This document shows, one piece after another, positions 37,374 through 50,311 of a stretch of 64,000 nucleotides of DNA. This DNA comes from Acidobacteriota bacterium. Lineage in GTDB: Bacteria; Acidobacteriota; CAIWXX01. Location: NCBI GenBank assembly GCA_040755995.1, contig JBFMAF010000011.1, positions 1-64,000 on the forward strand, given 5' to 3'. The notes beneath the pieces were generated by a model. That model was not told the origin of the DNA and did no database searches. It was given only the letters and a program-made list of their open reading frames with translations. Numbering within the stretch: position 1 is the stretch's first letter; every line of letters starts with the position of its first letter. Position numbers and translations under genes: made by a program.

Positions 37374-38212
37374 CAGAACCTCCACACGGCCCACGCGTGA
37401 AGGCCCGCCGCGATGAAGAACGTGATAGTCAGAGGGAAATGGACCAGGCGCCAGAGCGAAAAAAGCTCGTCAGCCATCTGAGTGGTACGGCTCGCGCGCT
37501 CGATTTCCAGGAGCAGACGGTAGTGGTGCCTCTGCATTTCCGCCAGACGGCGTTCCATCTTGTAAGCAGCACTGAGTCTGTCCTTCAGTCTCCGGATGAC
37601 TACGAGATAGGAAAGGTAGTCCTTCAGCAGGGAGAAGATGGCACTTGGCTTCTTGCTGAGCGCCGCCCCCGCGATCTGTTTCTCATGCCTGTCCAGACTG
37701 GTCCTCGCGCAGGCTTCTTCGATCAGCTCGTGAACCTCCATGGTGCTGACGTGGCGCTCCGCCAGCCTGAGACTCAACGTCTCGATCTCGGACTCGAGCT
37801 GTCTTCGCCTCTCCTGACGCTCCTCGACCGTTCTCTTGAGGCCGCGGCGCAGGTAGAGACCGACGAAGCCGGACAAGCTGACAATCCACATGAGAATCCC
37901 TGCAAGGCCCGCGATGCCGTAACTCTTCCCATATCCGTGGATCTCGATGAGCACCGGTCCGGCCAGCCCCAGCACCGTGTGGAGGCTGAGCCAGAAGCGC
38001 GCGGAACCCCACGGCAGCCATTTCCTTCGGCCCAAGCTATAGCTCATGCTCAGGAGGATGCAGATTGTCCCGAGCACTCCGGCCCAGATGTGCGTGGTTT
38101 GGACAAAGACCCACAATGGGCGATAGCTCCAGAATCGATAGGCGTATCCGATGCGCCACATAACAAGAAAGAGGAGCGTCGAAACCAGGCCCACGAGGCT
38201 GGCCTTCCGCAT
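37373..38212 (-). CDS. His-bearing membrane protein (ferric-reductase/cytochrome b-like)
   Basis: WLSLH..LG..GPVL..IH and WRLVHFP...GLH; TGATG coupling to the cytochrome. Confidence 0.7.
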   Translation of the reverse strand: MRKASLVGLVSTLLFLVMWRIGYAYRFWSYRPLWVFVQTTHIWAGVLGTICILLSMSYSLGRRKWLPWGSARFWLSLHTVLGLAGPVLIEIHGYGKSYGIAGLAGILMWIVSLSGFVGLYLRRGLKRTVEERQERRRQLESEIETLSLRLAERHVSTMEVHELIEEACARTSLDRHEKQIAGAALSKKPSAIFSLLKDYLSYLVVIRRLKDRLSAAYKMERRLAEMQRHHYRLLLEIERASRTTQMADELFSLWRLVHFPLTITFFIAAGLHAWAVWRF

Positions 38213-38589
38213 GACTACCGCAAGTTAGCGCCGTAGGCCCTGTATTGTCAAACACGGTTCGGGAGAAGATGCGCACCTCTGTTCACGAGGTATCGCACTC
38301 TGCCCAACCGATCAGACCTTTCGCCAAGAGCACCGAGAAGACGCTAGCCTCGAAGAGAACGCGCATGGAGCGCGGGAGCAAGATTGAAGGAACGGTCCCA
38401 GACGAGCGACGGGCCATGACGCGCGTGTGCTCGGTGCCGTCGCTGAGGAATGGGCGGCCCAGCGAGTCGTATTCAGAGCGGGCAGAGCAACTGCTGAGCC
38501 ACTTCGGCGCCGGTTGTCGCCATATGGAGTGAAGGGGCAGAGGTGGCGGGGCCGGCCCCGAGAAGCACGGAGTCAGCGAGGAGGATACC

Positions 38590-39471
38590 ATGACAAGCAT
38601 CAATACCGGTACGCCGGTCGCGGTGACCATCAACAACAGCCACATGCCGGTGGACCCGAAAGAGGTCAAAGGCGGCGGCCGGCCGGTCGACGTAACGATC
38701 AACAACAGCCACAGGCCCACGGGTCCCGAGGTGGCGGCACCAGGCGGCGCGGACCATTTCGAGCGACAGGGAACGGGTATCTTCGATGAGATGCTCGGGG
38801 GAAAGGGCATTCCGCAAGGAGAGATGGCGGTCGGTCCGGAATGGAGCCGCCCTGCGGCGACCGCGGGAGCCAAGACGCAAGCGGAGCAGGTAGATCCTGA
38901 CAACCGCCCGCCATTGCCTTCACTGGTTCAGGTGGACTTCACGCGCAAGAACTGGATGAGATACCTGACGCAGGGATATCCCGGGCTGCCCGCCGATGGG
39001 GCCAAGTTGAAGTGGGGCAACATCAATGACAAGAAGAAAATGACGGTGTTCGATCCGGATGGCAATAGGATCGATGTGCCCTGCTCGTCGATCCCACCGC
39101 AGAAGGCAGCGACCAACACGCGGGAGATGGCCCAAAAGAAGATCGGCGACTATGTCTACACCGGCAGGGACGAGTACAAGAACGGCGAGCTGGTGCGTTC
39201 GGAGCGAACCCGCACCGATCCACAAAGCTCACGACTGTACAAGTATGAATGGACTCGCAACAAAGATGGGACGACGACGACCCGCGAAACAACCATTGAT
39301 CCCCAGGGGACTCCATCGAGCCAGACAGATACGAAGACACACGATCGAAACGGTAAGCTCATCAAGCAGTCGTCAACCAAACCGATGAAGCACCCCGGCT
39401 ACGCCCCTGACGTCAAGGAACTGAGACCGGAGCCGAACCAGCCGCCGCTGCCTCCCAAGCCCAGCAGGTAG
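38590..39471 (+). CDS. Hypothetical 293-aa protein with a duplicated N-terminal motif
   Basis: GAGGAGG RBS; PVAVTINNSHMP / PVDVTINNSHRP. Confidence 0.7.
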   Translation: MTSINTGTPVAVTINNSHMPVDPKEVKGGGRPVDVTINNSHRPTGPEVAAPGGADHFERQGTGIFDEMLGGKGIPQGEMAVGPEWSRPAATAGAKTQAEQVDPDNRPPLPSLVQVDFTRKNWMRYLTQGYPGLPADGAKLKWGNINDKKKMTVFDPDGNRIDVPCSSIPPQKAATNTREMAQKKIGDYVYTGRDEYKNGELVRSERTRTDPQSSRLYKYEWTRNKDGTTTTRETTIDPQGTPSSQTDTKTHDRNGKLIKQSSTKPMKHPGYAPDVKELRPEPNQPPLPPKPSR

Positions 39472-39556
39472 GCGACAGGCGGGCGACGGAGCGAGGCAGG
39501 TGATCGGGCAACGTGTCAGCTGAGAAACCTCCATCAAGCGGCGTCTGACTGCCTGC

Positions 39557-41112
39557 TCAGGCGGCTGCCCAATCTGCCGAGAACACCTCCGCCTGCTCCA
39601 GCACCGTCTGCGTCGCCTTCTCCTGCTTGTCAGGCGGGTAGCCGTGCTTGCGGAGGACGCGCTTCACGAGGACGCGAAGCTGCGCACGCACGTTCTCGCG
39701 CAGGGTCCAGTCGATCGTGACGTTCTTACGGACCGTGTCGACCAGCTCGCGTGCGATCGCGCGGAGCGTCTCATCACCGAGCACCTTCACGGCGCTGTCG
39801 TTGGTCTCGAGCGCGTCGTAGAAGGCCAGCTCATCCTCGGAGAGCCCAAGCACCTCACCGCGCGCGTCCGTCTGGCGCATGTCCTTGGCGAGCTGGATCA
39901 GCTCCTCGATCACCTGTGCCGCCTCGATGGCCCGGTTCTGGTACCGGCGAATGGTCAGCTCGAGCATCTCGGCGAAGGAGCGCGCTTGCACGATGTTCTT
40001 GCGCTGGCGCGTGCTGAGCTCACCCTTGAGCAGCTTCTGTAGCAGCTCGACTGCGAGGTTCTTGTGCGGCATGTCGCGGACCTGGGCCAGGAACTGGTCG
40101 GTGAGGATCGAGATATCGGGCTTGGCCAGTCCCGCCGCGGCGAAGATGTCCACGACGCCTTCAGGCGTCACTGCACGTGAGATTATCTGCCGGATCGCCT
40201 GGTCGAGCTCCACCTCGGGCCGGGGTTCGCCAGGTGCACGTTTGACCAGAACGGCTCGCACGGACTGGAAGAACGCCACGTCGTCCCGGATGCGCAGCGC
40301 CTCAGGGTGTGGCACTGCCAGCGCGAAGGCGCACGACAACTCCCGCACCGCCTTCAAGAAGCGGTCTTTGCCGTTCTCCTGGCACAGAACGTGCTCCTGA
40401 GCGGCAGGCAGCAGTCCGAGCCGCTCTTGCGGCGTGCCGTTCGGCCATCGAGACCAGTCGAACCCGTGCAAGAGGCCGCAGCAGACCTCGTACTTCTCCA
40501 GCATCACCGCCACGGCCTCTTCCTGGTCGAGCGCGGTGCCACCGGTGCCCCCACTCTCCGTGTAGGTCGCGAGCGCCGCTTTGAGCTCGTGGGCAAGTCC
40601 CAGGTAATCGACGACGAGCCCACCCGGCTTGTCGCGGAAGACTCGGTTCACGCGCGCGATCGCCTGCATCAGCCCGTGGCCGCGCATGGGCTTGTCCACG
40701 TACATCGTGTGCAGGCTTGGCGCGTCGAAGCCGGTTAGCCACATGTCGCGCACGAGCACGATCTGTAGCGGATCGGCGGCGTCCCGGAAACGGTTGGCGA
40801 GAGCCTCCCGCCGAGCCTTGTTCCGGATGTGTGGCTGCCAGTCGACGGGATCCGAGGCCGATCCCGTCATCACGACCTTGATGAGGCCTTGATGGTCGTC
40901 CTCGTGGTGCCAGCCCGCACTCAGGCGGACCAACTCACGGTACAGCTCGACACAGATGCGGCGGCTCATGCACACTACCATAGCCTTGCCGTCCAGGGCA
41001 TCGAGGCGCTTGCCGAAGTGATCGATGATGTCCTGAGCAACCTCCTTCAGGCGCTTCTCGGAGCCGACGATGGCCTCGAGCTGCGCCCACTTGCTCTTGA
41101 GCTTCTCCGAGG
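39557..41112 (-). pseudogene. hsdR: Type I RM HsdR, C-terminal half only
   Basis: [32 protein letters not shown] and TIDW motifs; no nuclease domain, Walker A or DEAD motif. Confidence 0.9.
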
Positions 41113-41730
41113 TCCGAACAGCTGTCCTTGGCGCGAAGGTCTGTACACAACGTTCTTCCACGATTCATCTCCCCAAAAGGCGTTCATCCGTTGAATCTGT
41201 GTGTGTGCCACGCCGTCATGGTCACGCCAAAGAACGTTGCGGTTCATGTCGGCGATAGGGAAATTCAAGAAGATCTCCACGGATTCCATGCGGCCGGCCT
41301 GGGCGATGACCCTCCAGTCCAGATGCAGTCCGTATGGATCCAGCATGCAGAGCGCTCGTTTGTACTCCCCCTATTTCACCTGTGGTAGGACTTCGTCCAG
41401 TAAGACCCGATTGCAGTCGCCGTGATGGATATGGACATCAGGCCGTTGCTTTGCGAGGTTCTCCAAGGCCTCCACTTTTCTTACATCGAGATCGATGAAG
41501 TGGTACTGCCGAAAGGGGGGTTTGACCAAGAGAGCGTTCATGGGGCTTCCCGAGACGAAATCACCGGTAGTCCGAGAGAAGTGAATGCCCGCACCCGCGA
41601 AAGCGTCGATGTAGATATGGTGCAGCGGGGGCTCCTTCTGTGCGCTGAGGATTTTCGAGTACGCCGCTGCATACTCCTTGATGATATCGAGCTTCACCTC
41701 TGACCAGTAGCCAACCTGGTCGAATGGCAT
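41113..41730 (-). pseudogene. tcmP: Three-Cys-motif partner protein TcmP with in-frame TAG (41371-41373) and deleted C-terminus
   Basis: GYWSEVKL, YIDAFAGAG, GSP, GDCN, then LDPYG in the same frame after the TAG. Confidence 0.85.
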
Positions 41731-41742
41731 TCCCTGGGGGGG

Positions 41743-42964
<1,222 letters not shown>

Positions 42965-42975
<11 letters not shown>

Positions 42976-43018
42976 GCCCAAACTCCTTCATTTCGGCGGC
43001 AGCGACGGCACCCAGGCT
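42965..43018 (-). repeat. hsdM 3'-end copy 3 (SLGAVAAAEMKEFGHGG*), supplies the hsdS start
   Basis: Aligns to [17 protein letters not shown] at 44806-44859. Confidence 0.8.
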
Positions 43019-43358
43019 CGGCCCCTTGAATGGCACGTCAACTCGAGAATACGCGAGCCGTGCGAGTAATTGCATGCGTGCAATTCCCGTCCATATCCGT
43101 GCAATTCTGGCGGTCACTTCGCGCCGCTCCGCGGGTTCACACCGGTCTGCTTTGAATCACTTGGTCGCTCCTTAGTGACCGACGGGATGCATTTGGAGTT
43201 CTCCATATGTTTGGACGCCCGCTCATGAAACGCTCCCTTCTTCTTGCCGTGCATGGCGAGCTCGTCGCGCCCGACCAGCCGGGCCAGGAGGTCGCGCGCG
43301 GGCGGTTTATGTGCGGCGCTCATATATTTGAGCGGTCTCCAAATCGTTGTGTGCGCGC

Positions 43359-43571
43359 TCACAGTTTTGTTCCTCGCTCGTACCAGGCCCCTCTGCGCTC
43401 GCCGTGGCGAAGGAGACGGCCATCCTTGACCAGGCGGTCCAGCAAGCGAGTGGCCTGATAGGGGCCGATCCGGCACAGTTCCGCTGCCTCGCGCCGCGTG
43501 ACCCTGCCGTGCTTCTCCACGTACTGCAGGGCTTCGTCGGACTTCCCGATCGCGTTGCCCTTACTGGCCAT
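43359..43571 (-). pseudogene. Chimeric ORF: DUF1016-like first ~15 aa fused to a C-terminal winged-HTH (AlbA_2/RecG-C-type ATP-binding protein tail)
   Basis: MASKGNAIGKSDEAL + QYVEKHGRVTRREAAELCRIGPYQATRLLDRLV...GERRGAWY. Confidence 0.7.
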
Positions 43572-43665
43572 ACCCAAGCTCCTTCAGGCAAGCGCCGATG
43601 GCACCGTCCAGCTTCGCAGCTTCCCCCTGCTGCCGCGCCCGCGGGATTGCAGCGACCCTCGTCAC
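43530..43665 (-). repeat. hsdM 3'-end copy 2 (mini-ORF 43561-43665) plus start of a DUF1016-like gene
   Basis: QQGEAAKLDGAIGACLKELGYGQ* vs [23 protein letters not shown]; homologous to about 44775-44907. Confidence 0.9.
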
Positions 43666-44805
43666 GCCCGTGCCTCCTGCTCCTCGACCCACTCAAGGAG
43701 CTTGCGTCTCAAGTCCTCCTTTGACGGCAAGTAGAGCTGATATTCCTTGGCGTGGATATGGGCGTCTTTGGGAAGGGTGATCTCCACTAGCGCATCGTGT
43801 TTCTTCTTGCAGAGGATGATGCCGACGGTCGGGTGTTCGTCTTCTGTCTTCACGTGGCGGTCGAAGTAGTTGGCATACATCTGCATCTGTCCAAGGTCCT
43901 GGTGGGTCAGCTTGCCGATCTTGAGGTCGATCAGCACATAGCAGCGGAGCAGTCTGTTGTAGAAGACTAGATCCACATAGAAATGATCTTCATCGAATGT
44001 GAACCGCTTCTGGCGGGCTTCGAAAAGGAATCCTTTCCCCAGCTCCAGTAGGAAGTGTTCGAGCCTGTCGATGATGGCGGACTCCAGGTCCGATTCCGAA
44101 TACCCCGATTTTTCATCGAGTCCCAGAAACTCCAGCACGTATGGTTCCTTCAGAAGATCCTGCGGCCCGGTGATGACCTGTCCCTCCTTGGCCAGTCTGC
44201 GGATTTCCGCCTTGTCTCGGCTCAGTGCCAGACGTTCGTAGAGGCTGGAGCTGAATTGACGCTTCAGTTCCCGGAGCGACCAACCGCACGAGGAGGCTTC
44301 GAGCTCGTAGAAGGCGCGCTCCTTTGGGTCTCCGATGCCCATCAGAAAGACGTAGTGAGACCAGCTCAACGGGAAGGATGGCTTGCCGGGGATGAGAACA
44401 CCCTGTGCTGCCGGCGCCATGCCGGATTCACCAGATGGCGTCCGGCGTTTCTTGCCTGCTCCCGATTGCCCAGACAGTGTCTGGGGAATTGAAGTGGACC
44501 GGGACCGGTACATCGAATAGAAACGACGCATGTACTCAAGATTGCTCTTGGAGAACCCCTTGCCGAACTCCGCAATCAGCCGTTCAGCCAGCTCTCTGAG
44601 GATGTGCTGTCCATACTCTGCTCTGACTAGCCCCTGCTGTTCGTGTTCCACGATCCGGCGGCCTATCTCAAAGCATGTCAGGACCTGCAGAATATCCACG
44701 CTGCGAACTGCCGCCCTTCGAGCCGACAGGATGAGGTTGCGGATATCTGCAAGGAGTGTGTCTACTCGCTCCAGCACCTCGTCGGAGTTCCCGATCTCGT
44801 TTTCC

Positions 44806-44816
<11 letters not shown>
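43662..44816 (-). CDS. YhcG/DUF1016 PD-(D/E)XK nuclease
   Basis: [36 protein letters not shown] and GQMQMY motifs. Confidence 0.93.
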
Positions 44817-46383
<1,567 letters not shown>

Positions 46384-46538
46384 CAGAGGCTCTCCTCAGA
46401 CTGCTTGAAGAATCACCCCTGCCGGACCCCGGGCACTCACTTACGAGTGCCATTTCATGAGGTGATTCCCGCCGGTCATTATACATCGAGCCCAGCCTGG
46501 TGAGAACGGCGATCAGGTCGAGTATCTCGGCCGGACAG

Positions 46539-47251
46539 CTACGATTGGAATTGAGGATGGTCTACGAAGAGATCGGGCCTCGCAGAGCGAAAAGAGTAGT
46601 GAGTTGAGGAATCGAGGATGATGTGGTCCAGGAATCGGAGGCCCGCGGCGGCAAGCGCGCGAGCAACAGCAGCTGTCAGGGCGCTGTCAGCCTCCGATGG
46701 CGATGGATCGCCGGAAGGGTGGCTATGCGCAATCAGCGCGGCAGAGGCGCGTGCCGCGAGCGCACGCTCGAGGATCTTGCGTGGATGCAGCAGCGCATCG
46801 TCGGCAGTCCCCGCGCAATGACCTCGTGACCCAGAACACCGTTCTTCGGATCGAGATGCAGGATGCGCACCTCTTCCTCGCGAGCTCCCAGGAAAGACTC
46901 ACCGAGGTACGATGCAGCCTCGGCTGGCGATGTGATCCGCTTGCGTCTGCTGAGCCTCTCGGGGCGTGCAGCCTCGAAGCGCAGAGCTGCCGCCAACCGA
47001 ATCAGGACCAATGCTGCGGGACCGACGCCTGGGACGCGGAGCAAGACTTCATCGGGTGCTGCGAGCACGCCTGCGACGCTGCCGCACTCGGCCAACAACT
47101 GTTTGGCGATCGGCTTCACATCGCGTCTCGGGATGGCGTAGGTCAGCAGCAGCTCGATCAGTTCGTGGTCGGAGAATGCACTCGCTCCGGAGCTCAGAAA
47201 CCGCGCCCGAAGCCGTTTCCTGTGACCCGATGCGTCCGGTGGCTTGTTCAC
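46539..47251 (-). pseudogene. radC: RadC (JAB domain) with a 1-nt deletion frameshift in a G4 run at about 46809-46812
   Basis: GHRKRLRARF...HELIELLL; after the shift TADDALLHPRKILERAL...AHSHPSGDPSPSEAD...LDHII. Confidence 0.9.
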
Positions 47252-48122
47252 TGGCTTTCCTCTCGCATGCTATCCCCGTGTGCCGGAGCACCAACTGTCA
47301 CGCCAGACGCGGACTCGCAGGATGAAGGTCTGTCCCATCGGACTCATCGGGAGGATTCTAATAGAGAACCCCCTCCGGTTGCGAGACCCGAGAGCTGCCC
47401 AAGTCTCAGTGTTGGCATCGGCCAGCTGGGGGTATAATGCACCAGTTCCATTCGAGGGAGAGGTTCAATGGACAAACGCATTCGCGATCCGATGGAGGTT
47501 GTCGGCAAGATCAGGGACGGCGCCACGATCATGGTCGGCGGGTTCGGTCTCTGTGGGATACCCGAGAACCTGATCCGGGCTCTGCGGGACAGCGGGGTCA
47601 AGGAGCTCACGATCATCAGCAACAACGCGGGGGCTGCCCAGGTGGGCCTGGCGCTGCTGCTGCAGACACGACAGATCCGCAAGGTGATCGGGTCGTATGT
47701 CGGTGACAACAAGCTCTACGAGGATCAGCTTCTCAAGGGAGAGATCGAGACCGAGCTGATTCCGCAAGGCACGTTCTCGGAGAGAATCCGGGCGGGTGGA
47801 GCCGGCATTGGAGGGTTCTACACGCCGACGGGCGCGGGAACGGTCATCGCGGAAGGGAAGGAGCACAGGACGATCGACGGGAGGGAGTACATCCTCGAGC
47901 TGCCGCTGCGCGCGGACTACGCGCTCGTCAAGGCCTGGAAAGGCGACTGGTGGGGGAATCTCGTCTATCGCAAGACCGCGCGCAACTTCAATCCGATGAT
48001 GGCCACAGCGGCGGATTGCACGATCGCCGAGGTTGAGATCCTCGTGAAGCCGGGCGAGATCCAGCCGGATGATGTCCACACGCCTGGGGTCTACGTCAAA
48101 CACATCTTCCAGGGAGCGCTCT

Positions 48123-48785
<663 letters not shown>

Positions 48786-48787
48786 AC

Positions 48788-49090
48788 GTGGAAGCCCACT
48801 CCGTCGTGATCGCCTACCTCCACTCTCCCAAGGAGAGGTTCTGGGGAATCGTGCTCGTTCTCAACCAGACGGGCCTCACGCTGCGAGGTGTGGATCTCGC
48901 CACATTCGACGACTGGACTCGTCAGGTCGCGAGCGGCGAGGAGCCCGCGATCGGACTCACCACGATGTTCTTCCCGATGGCCAGGATCGAGAAGCTCATC
49001 CTCGACGAAAGCAGCGGCTCGGCCATGTCCTTTTCCGATCAGTTCCTCGCACGCGTCGGGCGCAGCGTCAAGGAATACCTCGAGCTCTGA
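48788..49090 (+). CDS. Conserved hypothetical protein
   Basis: LHSPKERFWG...GVDLATFDDW...TMFFPMARIEKL; cotranscribed with scoAB. Confidence 0.7.
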   Translation: MEAHSVVIAYLHSPKERFWGIVLVLNQTGLTLRGVDLATFDDWTRQVASGEEPAIGLTTMFFPMARIEKLILDESSGSAMSFSDQFLARVGRSVKEYLEL

Positions 49091-49158
49091 ACTGACGGCA
49101 TCGCCGGTTGATGGTTGATATCAACCGACCGAATGCGATGGCGTGTCGGGCTGCCGGT

Positions 49159-50079
49159 TCAGTGGTTCGGGTCGCGCGGGATGTCACGTGGCGACCGCGT
49201 CGCCGATGGATTCCTTCGATCGCCGACCAGCGTCACCCACTCGCCCTCCCTGACTCTGGAAATCTGCCAGATCCCGTTCTGTTGCAGTGATCGCACGACC
49301 CGCGTCGCTTGCGGACCCTTGAGTATTCCCGAGAGCACGAGGCTGCCGGATCGGCGCAGGATAGCCACCATGTCCGGCACGAGTCCAACGATCGCGTCCG
49401 CGAGCAGGTTGGCCGCGATGAGGTCGTAGGGCGGATGAGGCGCGGCGGTGATATCGCCGTGAATAACGCGGACCGTCCGGCCCAGTTCGTTTCGGGCCAC
49501 GTTCCCGCGCGCGATCTCTACGGCCTCCTGGTCCCTGTCTACCGCGTCCACCCTCGATGCACCGAGCCGCGCAGCGGCCATCGCCAGGATACCTGTGCCT
49601 GTGCCCAGATCGAGCACCGTGTGCCCGGGTCTCACCAGGGTCTCGATCGCTTCCATGCACTGCCGCGTCGTGACATGGGTCCCCGTGCCGAAGGCGCGCT
49701 CGGCCGGCACCACAAGCACGATTCTGGCTTCGGAGCGCACCGACTCGACCGGGCTGACCAGAAAGCGTGAGCCGATCTCGACCGGCACCTGCCGCCGATT
49801 GAATTCCTCGAGCCACGTGTCCAGCCCTCGCGGCTCCTCCAGAATCGCGAACTCGATCTGCGTGTATCCGGGTGTGATCCGCTCGATCTTCTTCTTCAAT
49901 TGGGCAACGTTGGTGCCTCTATCGAAATAGGCGACGATTCTGACCCGCCGCTTCGGCGCGACATTCTCTTCGATGCCGAGCGTTCCCATCTCGTGGCACG
50001 CCATCGTGACGATGTCGGCTGATCGAGCCGGGCACGTCACTTCGATGCGCTTGTAGATCTTCGCGAGCTGGTCAGCCAT
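49159..50079 (-). CDS. prmA: Ribosomal protein L11 methyltransferase
   Basis: AFGTGTHVTT, LDLGTGTGIL, ANL, LSGIL and EW motifs. Confidence 0.9.
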   Translation of the reverse strand: MADQLAKIYKRIEVTCPARSADIVTMACHEMGTLGIEENVAPKRRVRIVAYFDRGTNVAQLKKKIERITPGYTQIEFAILEEPRGLDTWLEEFNRRQVPVEIGSRFLVSPVESVRSEARIVLVVPAERAFGTGTHVTTRQCMEAIETLVRPGHTVLDLGTGTGILAMAAARLGASRVDAVDRDQEAVEIARGNVARNELGRTVRVIHGDITAAPHPPYDLIAANLLADAIVGLVPDMVAILRRSGSLVLSGILKGPQATRVVRSLQQNGIWQISRVREGEWVTLVGDRRNPSATRSPRDIPRDPNH

Positions 50080-50192
50080 TTTCCTCAGACGACGTTGAAT
50101 GTCCGCCCGACCAGCGCCTGTGCCTCCGGCGACGTGTGACGGAATCGAGCCGCCGCCGGCGCGCGGCCGACAACTGACAACTGCTCCAGAAG

Positions 50193-50239
50193 TTTTCCAC
50201 AGAAACTGTGGAAAAAGCTGTGGAAAGATCTGTGAATGG
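50193..50239. promoter_or_regulatory. DnaA-box cluster (2 perfect, 2 degenerate)
   Basis: TTTTCCACA 50193-50201, TGTGGAAAA 50207-50215, TGTGGAAAG 50219-50227, TGTGAATGG 50231-50239. Confidence 0.7.
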
Positions 50240-50311
50240 AGTCGGAAATCACTGACAACAAATTCGTTTCTTCAGATTGCACACGTTCTCGGCAAGTCAG
50301 AATTTCGACAC

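Noticed and set aside
41371..41373. In-frame TAG in tcmP as pyrrolysine or readthrough recoding
   Set aside because: No pyl genes in view, TAG ends many normal genes here, and the gene is also truncated by a deletion; a nonsense mutation is simpler.
46410..46470. Nested inverted repeats upstream of hsdM as a riboswitch
   Set aside because: GAATCACC/GGTGATTC and GGCACTC/GAGTGCC stems exist but match no RNA family I recognise, and they occur only once.
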